Sequence record: LC680884.1 | Length of the DNA: 64,000 nt | Reading direction: 5' to 3' (one strand) | Shown: positions 10,031-19,134 of the stretch, in pieces | How positions within the stretch are numbered: position 1 is the stretch's first letter | Layout of the letters: the number at the start of each line of letters is the position of its first letter | Program-made: the position numbers and the translations under genes | The notes under the pieces: model-generated | Told to the model about the DNA's origin: nothing | What the model saw: only the letters and a program-made list of their open reading frames with translations | The model's database searches: none

Positions 10031-11080
10031 ATGACAACAGAGAGTAAAATTGTACCCATCGTTCATAAGGCGGTTAACTGGAACCGCCTTACTGATGAAT
10101 ATACTATTGATTTCTGGGATATTAATACTTCCCAATTTTGGTTAGAAAAAGAGATTGATTTAACTGGAGATATTGTTACTTGGAATAAAGTACTTAGTAA
10201 GGATGAACAAGAAGCATACTACAAAGTACTTGTTGGTTTAACAAAATTGGATACTGAACAAGGAAATGCAGGAATGCCATTAATTTCTCTTCATATTAAA
10301 GATGAACAAAAGAGTGCCGTTATTGCTTTTAGTGGTGCAATGGAACATGTACATGCTAAGTCGTATTCAGCTATTTTCTCAACACTTTGTTCTATGAGTC
10401 TAATTGATGAGATTTTTAAATGGGGAGAAGAACAAAAGAACCTTCAGTATAAAGCCGAAAAAATTGTTAAATATTATGACGCTATCTTTACTAAGGATAT
10501 TACTGATGAGATGTTATACAAAGCAATGGTAGCCAGTGTAATGTTAGAATCATTCTTATTCTATTCTGGATTCTTCTATCCTTTATACCTAGCTGGACAA
10601 GGCAAAATGGTAGCCAGTGGTGAAATTATTAACTTAATTATCCGTGATGAGTCAGTTCATGGTCAATATATGGGATTATTAGCTCAAGAGTTATTTGAAA
10701 AATTTGATATTAATAAACAGCAAGAATTAGTTCAATGGGCAAATGAACTATTAATGGATCTTTATGAAAATGAATTAGAATATACTGAAGAGATCTATTC
10801 TAAAATAGGATTAGTCGATGAAGTAAATGCATTCTTACGCTATAATGCTAATAATGCTTTTGATAACTTGGGTTTTAATCATTTATTTGATGATGAAGAT
10901 ATTAATCCAGTTGTAGAAAATGGACTTAATACAACTACTAAAAACCATGATTTCTTCTCAGTAAAAGGAAATGGTTATACTAAAGCACTAAATGTAACTC
11001 CTATTACAAAAGAAACATTTAAAATTGATCGCTTAGATGTAGACTTAATGTCTGAACTTAATGAACTCTCTGAAAGTTAA
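10031..11080 (+). CDS. nrdF: Ribonucleotide reductase class Ib beta subunit
   Basis: VNWN, EHVHAKSYS, LESFLFYSGF, IIRDESVHG, NHDFFSVKGNGY. Confidence 0.97.
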   Translation: MTTESKIVPIVHKAVNWNRLTDEYTIDFWDINTSQFWLEKEIDLTGDIVTWNKVLSKDEQEAYYKVLVGLTKLDTEQGNAGMPLISLHIKDEQKSAVIAFSGAMEHVHAKSYSAIFSTLCSMSLIDEIFKWGEEQKNLQYKAEKIVKYYDAIFTKDITDEMLYKAMVASVMLESFLFYSGFFYPLYLAGQGKMVASGEIINLIIRDESVHGQYMGLLAQELFEKFDINKQQELVQWANELLMDLYENELEYTEEIYSKIGLVDEVNAFLRYNANNAFDNLGFNHLFDDEDINPVVENGLNTTTKNHDFFSVKGNGYTKALNVTPITKETFKIDRLDVDLMSELNELSES

Positions 11081-11085
11081 TTAAA

Positions 11086-11117
11086 AAGGAAAACCAGAAT
11101 AATATCTGGTTTTCCTT
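11086..11117 (+). terminator. Intrinsic terminator after nrdF
   Basis: AAGGAAAACCAGA / TCTGGTTTTCCTT stem. Confidence 0.7.
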
Positions 11118-11137
11118 ATGTATTTTAAAGAATTAAG

Positions 11138-11149
11138 AACAAACAAGTA
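11138..11149 (+). promoter_or_regulatory. AR9-type late promoter AACA-N6-TA
   Basis: AACA-AACAAG-TA upstream of dCMP deaminase. Confidence 0.55.
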
Positions 11150-11172
11150 TATTTTATTATGGAGGAAATAAA

Positions 11173-11703
11173 ATGACAAACAAATGGGATTTAATGTATA
11201 TGGACATAGCAAAAAGAGTTGCAATTGAATCTAAATGTGCTGCTAAACAGGTTGGCTGTATTATTGAAAAAGATACTAATATTCTAGCAGTAGGTATAAA
11301 TGGAACTGCTTCTGGAAAAGAAAATTGTTGTGATAAATTTATGAAAAGAGATGGAAAATGGTATAAAAAACATTCCACTTTAGGTAAAGGGATGAAAAAT
11401 ATATTTGATCCTTGGGGATGGGAATTATGTGAAGATCAAGAAGAACATCATAAGTGGTCTTTGATTCATGAAATTCATGCTGAGATGAATGCCATTGCAA
11501 AAGCGCATAAGAATGGTGTTTCAATTGAAGGAGCAACAGCTTATATTACATATTCACCTTGTTTTAATTGTGCTAAACAATTAATAACACATGGAATTAA
11601 ACATATTGTATTTGATAAAGAATATGATGGCTTTAATGAAACACTGAAACTATTGAAGAATCATGATGTAGAAGTAATTAACATCAATAATAAAGGAGAA
11701 TAA
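11173..11703 (+). CDS. dCMP deaminase
   Basis: HAEMNAI and SPCFNCAK zinc deaminase motifs. Confidence 0.92.
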   Translation: MTNKWDLMYMDIAKRVAIESKCAAKQVGCIIEKDTNILAVGINGTASGKENCCDKFMKRDGKWYKKHSTLGKGMKNIFDPWGWELCEDQEEHHKWSLIHEIHAEMNAIAKAHKNGVSIEGATAYITYSPCFNCAKQLITHGIKHIVFDKEYDGFNETLKLLKNHDVEVININNKGE

Positions 11704-11705
11704 AA

Positions 11706-12839
11706 ATGTTATTATTAGAAAAAATTCTTCATTCCAAGAAATTAAGCTATGACACTTTAATGCCTTTAGTCAAACCATATATTAATAATAAAACAATTAT
11801 AACTGGTACTGATAGAGAATATAATACTGTTAATATTTTTATTGATTTTTGGGATATAGTTAAGTCATTATACAATCCACAAACTCTAGAAACAATGAAT
11901 TCATTAAAACAGAGAGAAAGATTTATGATTGCTTCAGAAGTTATTAATATTATTGGACATTATAGACATTTCTTTTATTCCAGATTAAAAATGTATACTA
12001 ACTTTGTCTTCTATTATTCTGATAAGAGGGATACAAGATTAACTAATATTGATAAAAACTATAGAAGTTCTTTTTATGAAAAAAGATTAGATGATAAAAA
12101 TCAGACTTTTGGTTTATTTAATAATATGGTTAAGAAAAATGTTCATATTATTAAATTATTTTGTGAATATGTACCACATGCCTACTTTATCAAAACAGAT
12201 GAAATGGATCCAAGATTAGTACCGCATTTATTCTTATCTGAAAACTCAAGACTTAAACAAAATATTATTAATAAGAATGATATGAATATAATTATTTCAA
12301 ATGAAAAAATTCATTATCAAGATTTAAACTTACAAGACAGAATTCTTCAATTAGAACTTAGAGGAAAAGAAAAATCAAGATTTGTGGCATCAGAAGATAT
12401 TATTGATATCCTCCTAGAAAAAAGTAAAAAGGATTATTATTTCTCTATTCTCCCAGATATGTATTCATTATTGGTTTCTCTTACAGGATATAAAGACTAT
12501 GATATCAGTAGTATTAAGAAAATGGGGAATATTAAGGCTCTTAATTTTATTCAAAAATGTATTGATAATAATATATTAAAGAATATTGAATATAATAATA
12601 CAGATCTATTGAATGGTTTAAGAGATGAATTAGGTGAGGAAAATTTAAAAGAGTTATATAAGAATATGCAACTATTAAATAACAATCTTTATAATTTTAG
12701 TAACAAAGATATAATCAATATTGAATCACAATTATTCGATCGTATTGATGCAGAATCAGTTAAATTTGTAAATAGTAAATATTTTGACAGATATCCAATC
12801 TTATTGGAGTATGTTTTTGAAGGGGAAAAGTATGAATAA
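11706..12839 (+). CDS. Divergent 5'-3' exonuclease/RNase H (FEN/PIN-like) protein
   Basis: N-terminal IFIDFWD strand and helix-turn-helix-like DYDISSIKKMGNIKAL; acidic catalytic pattern incomplete. Confidence 0.4.
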   Translation: MLLLEKILHSKKLSYDTLMPLVKPYINNKTIITGTDREYNTVNIFIDFWDIVKSLYNPQTLETMNSLKQRERFMIASEVINIIGHYRHFFYSRLKMYTNFVFYYSDKRDTRLTNIDKNYRSSFYEKRLDDKNQTFGLFNNMVKKNVHIIKLFCEYVPHAYFIKTDEMDPRLVPHLFLSENSRLKQNIINKNDMNIIISNEKIHYQDLNLQDRILQLELRGKEKSRFVASEDIIDILLEKSKKDYYFSILPDMYSLLVSLTGYKDYDISSIKKMGNIKALNFIQKCIDNNILKNIEYNNTDLLNGLRDELGEENLKELYKNMQLLNNNLYNFSNKDIINIESQLFDRIDAESVKFVNSKYFDRYPILLEYVFEGEKYE

Positions 12840-13014
12840 TAATAGTATTATGAAATATATTGTAATTCGTTTTATTACAATTCTGATTTTAATGTTAATA
12901 TTTCTTCATTTATTTCATTTTTCTAATATTAAAAAAGAGAGAGATAAATTAAGAGAAGAAAATCATAGTTTACATTCACTATGTGATAAAGATTGTAAAT
13001 GTTTAAAAAGATAG
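12832..13014 (+). CDS. Small membrane protein (60 aa)
   Basis: ATG 12832 after GAAGGGGA; one hydrophobic helix, then a coiled coil and a Cys-rich end. Confidence 0.6.
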   Translation: MNNNSIMKYIVIRFITILILMLIFLHLFHFSNIKKERDKLREENHSLHSLCDKDCKCLKR

Positions 13015-13030
13015 CGTTTGCTATCTTTTT
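13005..13030 (+). terminator. Intrinsic terminator
   Basis: AAAAAGATAGC-GTTT-GCTATCTTTTT with a long T tract. Confidence 0.8.
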
Positions 13031-13052
13031 TTTTTATAAGGAGGTAATTATA

Positions 13053-14243
13053 ATGGATGCTTCTTATTTAATAGAAGGATTTGTTGCCATTGACGGAATT
13101 GATAATCCAATAGTATTAGACAGTATGTTTAGGAGCATAGAAATAATTAATGATTATGATAATAATGTATTTCCTATTTTAAGATTAAATGTAGAATTAG
13201 ATTTTGAAAGTTATTATCTAATTCAGAAAAATGATTCATGTAAATTCTCAATAACTATTAAAAAATACAAACATGAAAATTTGGAGAGTAATGATACAAC
13301 TATCTTTACGTATTATATGAAAAATAAAATTTTTATACCAGTTGATAAGGATATTTCTCCAATTAATATGCCTGAAGGTTTAAATAGTGTTACTGATCAG
13401 ATTCCTAGTTTAAGAACTACTTTTTTATTAATGAGTGAAGAAGATTTATCGAATAATAAAAGACTAGTTAACACAGTTTTAAAAGACTCTGATATTGAGA
13501 GTACAATTTTATATCTTGCACAAAAATTTCCATCAAAACCAATTATATTTGAAAAACCAGATAATCAAATTATATATGATCAAATTATACTACCTCCTAA
13601 TAATATTATTAGATCAATGAAATATCTTGATACTGTTTATGGAATATATAATTATGGACTAAGAATATTCCTAGATTTTAATGCATATTATATTATTAAT
13701 AAACATGATAATTCTAATTTACCTGTATTAGAAGGTAAATATAAAAATACTCATATAAAGGTTGTTAGTGATACTGCTGAAGGAGATTCATTATTCTATA
13801 ATGATACAGTAACAGAATCTGGAGATTTCTACTCAGCTAAAGTTCATATCTCTAATATAAAATTTATAAACTATTCTGATTCTAGAAAAGAATTCCTTGG
13901 TACTCATAATATTATTATTTCTCAAAGTAACAGCGATATTGTGAGAAATGATTATGGTACTAATGAAATTAAAACAAGAGTTTATTATAATAGGTATAAT
14001 AATAAGCATAAAGAAAAGGAAATTGTAACAAATTCTAAAAAAGGAATTTTTTTGACATGCACTTTAGACGCTATTGATATAGATGCTATATCATGTAATA
14101 ACCAATTTTATTTTAATTTTGCCGCTAATAACTACAGTAACTATAGTGGGGAATATCATATTCTAAAATCTAGTTCTATATTTAATGTAGGAAGTAATGG
14201 ATATTCAGACTTACAGGCTAAATTATACTTTAAAAAGAAATAA
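13053..14243 (+). CDS. Putative baseplate hub-like virion protein
   Basis: Start moved to ATG 13053 after AAGGAGG; beta-rich; hub assignment is weak inference. Confidence 0.4.
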   Translation: MDASYLIEGFVAIDGIDNPIVLDSMFRSIEIINDYDNNVFPILRLNVELDFESYYLIQKNDSCKFSITIKKYKHENLESNDTTIFTYYMKNKIFIPVDKDISPINMPEGLNSVTDQIPSLRTTFLLMSEEDLSNNKRLVNTVLKDSDIESTILYLAQKFPSKPIIFEKPDNQIIYDQIILPPNNIIRSMKYLDTVYGIYNYGLRIFLDFNAYYIINKHDNSNLPVLEGKYKNTHIKVVSDTAEGDSLFYNDTVTESGDFYSAKVHISNIKFINYSDSRKEFLGTHNIIISQSNSDIVRNDYGTNEIKTRVYYNRYNNKHKEKEIVTNSKKGIFLTCTLDAIDIDAISCNNQFYFNFAANNYSNYSGEYHILKSSSIFNVGSNGYSDLQAKLYFKKK

Positions 14244-14248
14244 TGACA

Positions 14249-15139
14249 TTAGTCATTATTTCTTCTTTTTTTAACTTCAGCTACTGTCATCCTACATACT
14301 GTAAATGAATCAGTATATAATTGATTCAAGAGACTAAGCATTCTAGAATAACATTCAATAACAGTTGAAACACACATTCTTGAGATTTCAATATAACCAT
14401 TAACAGCTAATTTTCCATCTCTTGTAGAAGTATCAACATTAAATTTACTTATAAAATTATTTTTACTAGTTCTAATAATTGAATCTGTAGTCTTATACAT
14501 TTTACTAAATTCAGCTACTAAACTATCATAACCTTTAAGTAAGAATAATTTACTTTTTTCATATAAATCTTTATTTGGTGTTACTTCTTCTTTTTCAACA
14601 ATCATTTTATTGATTTCTTTTTTAGCATTACTTAATTTCATACTTAATTCTTTCTGAATGGTATCCTTACTAATATCCTCTGGTCTAATTTTTACCTTCA
14701 TAATATCATCAGAAACAATCTTAACTGATCTAACAGCATTCATTACGGTATCAAATCTTCGATGATCAAATAATAGTGGACTTACTTTAATCTTTTTATC
14801 TGAAAAATACATATTTGTCTTTTCAAATTCTTGAAGATATTTTCTATTTTGATCCATAAATTTATCTGCTAATTTCATATGGATAATAATTTTATTTACT
14901 ACATCTTTAATTCTAGATATAAAAGCAATCCAAATATCTATTATGGCTTGCAACAATTTATTTGCAACTTCTTTTATCCTCATTTTATAGTCAGTAGGAT
15001 TTGGATTGTGATCAATAGGGTCATCCTCATTTAGAAATAAACTAATTTCCTCAGATAAAAGTTCATGATAGATATTATTAAAATTCATTTCTGCTTCTAA
15101 TATATCAGTTGTCATTATTGAGTCATTTAAAAATTCCAT
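14249..15139 (-). CDS. Putative internal head protein, paralog of 15207-16325 and 62126-62935
   Basis: ILEAEMNFNN...LNE N-terminus followed by the amphipathic helix IIDIWIAFISRIKD. Confidence 0.55.
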   Translation of the reverse strand: MEFLNDSIMTTDILEAEMNFNNIYHELLSEEISLFLNEDDPIDHNPNPTDYKMRIKEVANKLLQAIIDIWIAFISRIKDVVNKIIIHMKLADKFMDQNRKYLQEFEKTNMYFSDKKIKVSPLLFDHRRFDTVMNAVRSVKIVSDDIMKVKIRPEDISKDTIQKELSMKLSNAKKEINKMIVEKEEVTPNKDLYEKSKLFLLKGYDSLVAEFSKMYKTTDSIIRTSKNNFISKFNVDTSTRDGKLAVNGYIEISRMCVSTVIECYSRMLSLLNQLYTDSFTVCRMTVAEVKKRRNND

Positions 15140-15168
15140 TAATAATTCCCCCTTATACTTTATTAAAA

Positions 15169-15198
15169 AGGATACGATTCATATTAGAATCGTATCCT
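15169..15198 (-). terminator. Intrinsic terminator
   Basis: 12-bp stem AGGATACGATTC / GAATCGTATCCT with a T tract on the minus strand. Confidence 0.75.
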
Positions 15199-15206
15199 CA
15201 TTTATA

Positions 15207-16325
15207 TTATTCAATTTCTTCTAGATCTTCTAAATTGAGATCCTCTAGATCTTCTAGTGCAATCTCTTCTTCTTTTGTTTCTTCATCTTCTTCAAAATCT
15301 TCAAGAGTAAGAATTGGTTGTTCTTCATCAAGTTCAACATCTTCACTTACTGCTAGTTCGTTTCCACGTTTTCCTTTAGCCGCATTTTTAGAAGCCTTTT
15401 TATCAGCTTTCATTCCTGCACTTCCACCAGAAGTAGCCGCAGAAACAATACGCATAGAATCTCCATAACACTCAACTTCAAGTTTAACAAATACATTTAG
15501 TACTTTGTTAAGAACTGATTGAGCTGCTTTTGCAGTTTGAACAGCCGCACTTTGTTTTTGTTGATCTTGAGGATCTTTTGCATTTAAGCCAGCGGTAGCC
15601 GCTTTACGTCCTTCTTGGATGATTCCTTGAGATTGTTTTCCAAGTTGATTAACAATACCTAGAATTTGTTTAGCAGATTTGACATCATTAGCCGCAGATG
15701 AAAGAACTTGTGGACTAACTTTAACTTCAACTTTTTCATTTCCACGAGCTTTAGCAACTACACCTTTATCAATAGCAGAGAAGGATTCAAAACCTAATCC
15801 TTTAGCAATTTCATCAGCTGAAACAGCTTTTCCACTCTTAGCGGCTTGATTAATAGCTCCTACAAGACTGCCACCTAAACGATTAGTTGGGAATTCTTTA
15901 GCAATTCCAAGCATTCCTTTAACTTTCCAATTGTAGATAGAAACAGTTTTATCACCTTGATAACGAGCTAATTTTTCCTTACGAGAAGCTAAGAATTTTT
16001 CCCCATTAGTAAACTGTACTTGAAGACGAGATACTAGATTCCGAATAACTTGTACAAATTTTTTCCATAATTCTTGGAAGAAAGCAATTGCTTTCTTGAA
16101 GAATTCTGAACGACTTTTAGTTGCCTGTTCTTCATCTTCTTTCATGATTGCTTGAAATTCTTCTTTGACGATTTCAGTATGAAGGTTATTCCAGCTCATT
16201 TCAGCCTCAAGAGTAAGAGCAATAAGACCAGTTTTATCTTCAATAACTGCTTCAGTTACAACTTCTTTTTCCTCTTCTTTTGTTTCATCCAACTCAACAT
16301 CTTCTAATAGAAACAGATTTTTCAT
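15207..16325 (-). CDS. Putative abundant internal head protein with acidic termini
   Basis: Own late promoter; acidic xLE-rich ends; LEAEMSWNN motif and FFQELWKKFVQVI helix. Confidence 0.6.
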   Translation of the reverse strand: MKNLFLLEDVELDETKEEEKEVVTEAVIEDKTGLIALTLEAEMSWNNLHTEIVKEEFQAIMKEDEEQATKSRSEFFKKAIAFFQELWKKFVQVIRNLVSRLQVQFTNGEKFLASRKEKLARYQGDKTVSIYNWKVKGMLGIAKEFPTNRLGGSLVGAINQAAKSGKAVSADEIAKGLGFESFSAIDKGVVAKARGNEKVEVKVSPQVLSSAANDVKSAKQILGIVNQLGKQSQGIIQEGRKAATAGLNAKDPQDQQKQSAAVQTAKAAQSVLNKVLNVFVKLEVECYGDSMRIVSAATSGGSAGMKADKKASKNAAKGKRGNELAVSEDVELDEEQPILTLEDFEEDEETKEEEIALEDLEDLNLEDLEEIE

Positions 16326-16369
16326 TATTTATTTTCTCCCTTCGGAATTAGGTTATTATTTAATTTTAC

Positions 16370-16381
16370 TAATTATATGTT
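16370..16381 (-). promoter_or_regulatory. AR9-type late promoter AACA-N6-TA
   Basis: AACA-TATAAT-TAG on the minus strand. Confidence 0.65.
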
Positions 16382-16398
16382 TATTTGTATTTATAATT

Positions 16399-17433
16399 TT
16401 AATATAAATCTAAACTAGTGCTATTATTAGATGGGCTGTTATCAATAGCAATAATTTTATTTGATTCTTCAATTTGACTATTTGCTCTGTCATTTGCTAC
16501 GTTTTGGTCAACTCGAATTCGATCAGATAATTTTCCAAGAGCTTGAGCAATTTTTTCTTGACGTTCTCTTACTTTTTTAGCATCATGTTCAAGAGTTGAT
16601 GAATTCATTTCAACAAAATCTTTTAAATGTGTAAGATACTGAGATAATTTAACTCTTGAATTGAAATACAAGAAAATAATACTTCTAATAAAGGTCAAAG
16701 AAAATCCAATTAAACCAAGAATTGCAATCCACTTAGTAACTCCACCAAGATCAGATAGGCGCTTCAATACATCTTTACCAATGTTGATTAAAGTATTTTC
16801 AGCCAAGTTATGTGATTCTTTAAATAACTTAACCAGCTGACCTTTTCGTTCCAATTGATTAAATACTGAGATTGATTTAATGTGATTGTTATTAAAGATT
16901 TCTTTGGAATCTCTATAAGTGACATTATACAAATTTAGATTATCTTTTGTTAGCTGGACAGTCTCTGAAACCAAATAGGAAGTTCCTTGAATAATAGCAA
17001 TAACGATAGAATTATACAGGTAACGAGTAATTGAATCATTTAACATAAATCCACGCTGAAAATCTTTTTTATATTTAATAAGAGTATTTAAAGTGAATTC
17101 AAGCTGACTCACAGCTTTGACAATTTGAGCGTCATCACTTTGTCCACTAACTCCTTTTTTAATAAAGGAAATAGCATTAGAAATAGTATTGTAATTAGCT
17201 AGGCGAGTGATATCACCCTTTGACTTATCAACTATAGCGAAATCAACACTAAGTGCTTTTGATTTAATGTCACTAAATAAGTTTGTGACAACACGGTCTG
17301 TAACATCAGATTTAATATCTTCAGCTAAACTTTGAATTTTGTACTTACTCCATTCGCTATCTTCACGAATAAGAATTCCACCTAAAAATTCATCATTTTG
17401 TTCTAATAGAGTGGTTTTCTTTTCAAAAAACAT
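16399..17433 (-). CDS. Putative virion structural protein
   Basis: 344 aa in a late operon; C-terminal hydrophobic helix and coiled coil. Confidence 0.6.
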   Translation of the reverse strand: MFFEKKTTLLEQNDEFLGGILIREDSEWSKYKIQSLAEDIKSDVTDRVVTNLFSDIKSKALSVDFAIVDKSKGDITRLANYNTISNAISFIKKGVSGQSDDAQIVKAVSQLEFTLNTLIKYKKDFQRGFMLNDSITRYLYNSIVIAIIQGTSYLVSETVQLTKDNLNLYNVTYRDSKEIFNNNHIKSISVFNQLERKGQLVKLFKESHNLAENTLINIGKDVLKRLSDLGGVTKWIAILGLIGFSLTFIRSIIFLYFNSRVKLSQYLTHLKDFVEMNSSTLEHDAKKVRERQEKIAQALGKLSDRIRVDQNVANDRANSQIEESNKIIAIDNSPSNNSTSLDLY

Positions 17434-17448
17434 ATATACTCACCTCTT

Positions 17449-18711
17449 TTATTTTAAAAGACTATAAATATCTTTTATATCAATATTTTTTTGTTTTGAG
17501 AAACCTTCTAATGATCTGAAAGAATAATGACTGAAATCGCTGGTATCTTCATTAAAGATATATACCGTTTCAATACTTTCATCAACAATGATAAAAGTCA
17601 TTAAGAAGAAATTCTTCATAATCTTTTTAACGAATGAAGGTTTTGCAAGAAGATCAATACCATGTTTATGACGAATATTGTCTACATTTTCTTTACTGAT
17701 TACCATTGTAGAGGTAGGAATAGGAGCTTTCCCTAGTTTTCTTCCTTTACTTAATGCAAATAAAGAAGGACGAGCATGAGCTACTTTTGAGATTGTTTGT
17801 AGTTTTCTCCACCAGAAGCTATTTTTATCATTTGATTTAACAGCAGTTCTTTTAATTTCATCAATAGAAAATAAGAAATCTTTAAAGAATTTAATCTCCC
17901 CTGATGTCCATTGAATCATACGCATGATTGGTGTTTTAGTAATTACAGCATTTGGGAGAAAATACTCGATATCTTGAGAATCAAGAAGGTGAGCAACACA
18001 TTTAACTCCAAATGAAATGGTCTTATGAACTGTTCCATTATTAGTTTCATAATCAATATCCACAGAAACATTAGTTGGAGTTAATTCATTTGCTTTTTTA
18101 ATTTCTGTATTATCAATTTTTGGTTTTGCAGATAATTCTTTTTCAACTTTTTTGTTATTTGAATCATCTTTTTTATCTTCTAATAAATTTTTATATTCTT
18201 TACTAACAGTAGAATCATTTAATACTTGAAGGTTTAAATCATCACTAAAACTTTCAAGTAATTTTTTATTAGCATCTCTTAAATCATTTTCAGTAATTAC
18301 AGACTCTGAAAATCTTCTTTCTAGTTCATCTGTACTTTTAGATAAATGAGAATCAAGATTTGCATCATGACTAATATTTTGATGGTATCCTTTTAAATAT
18401 GATGCAGTATTTTCAAAACCGTCTGCACCATCATTTTGAATAAGTAGCTTTAACATATTTACATATTCATGTTCTAATGCACGATTTACAAGCTGTACTG
18501 AATGAGAAGTAAGATTATCAGAAAATAAAACAGGATAGTGAGCAATTAAATCTTTTGCTCTATATTTAATACTACCTCTTCTTGCAGTAGCTGTAGCGCC
18601 AAGAATTTCAGCCGCAGTCTCCCAATCTTTAGTTCTCGGTGATTTATCTTTATTTAAATCTTTTCCGAAACCGAAAGCAGAGATAAAATTCATTAGTGTA
18701 TTAATATCCAT
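17449..18711 (-). CDS. Putative virion structural protein
   Basis: 420 aa, first gene after the late promoter at 18764-18775. Confidence 0.6.
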   Translation of the reverse strand: MDINTLMNFISAFGFGKDLNKDKSPRTKDWETAAEILGATATARRGSIKYRAKDLIAHYPVLFSDNLTSHSVQLVNRALEHEYVNMLKLLIQNDGADGFENTASYLKGYHQNISHDANLDSHLSKSTDELERRFSESVITENDLRDANKKLLESFSDDLNLQVLNDSTVSKEYKNLLEDKKDDSNNKKVEKELSAKPKIDNTEIKKANELTPTNVSVDIDYETNNGTVHKTISFGVKCVAHLLDSQDIEYFLPNAVITKTPIMRMIQWTSGEIKFFKDFLFSIDEIKRTAVKSNDKNSFWWRKLQTISKVAHARPSLFALSKGRKLGKAPIPTSTMVISKENVDNIRHKHGIDLLAKPSFVKKIMKNFFLMTFIIVDESIETVYIFNEDTSDFSHYSFRSLEGFSKQKNIDIKDIYSLLK

Positions 18712-18763
18712 TCGTTTCTCAACCTTTCCTTTCTATCATTATTAAATGATATTTATTTAGCAT

Positions 18764-18775
18764 TAATTATTTGTT
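18764..18775 (-). promoter_or_regulatory. AR9-type late promoter AACA-N6-TA
   Basis: AACA-AATAAT-TA on the minus strand. Confidence 0.6.
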
Positions 18776-18779
18776 AACA

Positions 18780-19055
18780 AAGGAGGAAAAGAAAAAAATA
18801 AAAAAATATAACCACCTATTTGCCATTAGCGAACTTAATCGCTAATGGCGTTATAGTATATAAACCTAGTTTTAGGGTTCCCAATTTATTGTAATCCAAT
18901 GATTGACAATACTGTTCTTAATGCCTTAAACATGAGTTTATCTTCCTCCATCTTTATATGTTGAAGAAGCGGAAGCGTCATCAAGGTGGTTGTATGCTTC
19001 CTATTTAGAGATTTATTAAGGTCTATATACTCTGATATTTACTTACTTCAACATT
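18780..19055 (-). ncRNA. Putative structured small transcript containing a 15-aa ORF
   Basis: Early 13-mer directly upstream; 9-bp closing stem 19046-19054/18958-18966; GGAAGC/GCUUCC stem; 11-bp hairpin 18822-18849; U-rich tail. Confidence 0.5.
18886..18933 (-). CDS. 15-aa amphipathic peptide MFKALRTVLSIIGLQ
   Basis: GGAGGA SD 10 nt upstream of ATG; below the ORF-track cutoff. Confidence 0.55.
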   Translation of the reverse strand: MFKALRTVLSIIGLQ

Positions 19056-19058
19056 CTT

Positions 19059-19071
19059 ATAATATATATTT
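19059..19071 (-). promoter_or_regulatory. Putative early promoter AAATATATATTAT
   Basis: Exact 13-mer on the minus strand. Confidence 0.65.
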
Positions 19072-19096
19072 GAAAAATGAGTTTTCTTTTACTTAG

Positions 19097-19108
19097 AACA
19101 ATTAAATA
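19097..19108 (+). promoter_or_regulatory. AR9-type late promoter AACA-N6-TA
   Basis: AACA-ATTAAA-TA before the baseplate operon. Confidence 0.65.
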
Positions 19109-19134
19109 AAGATTCGCTTTTAGGAGGTTTATAA

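Noticed and set aside
7908-11080. Introns or inteins in nrdE/nrdF, common in Bacillus phages
   Set aside because: Both genes are continuous and of normal length.
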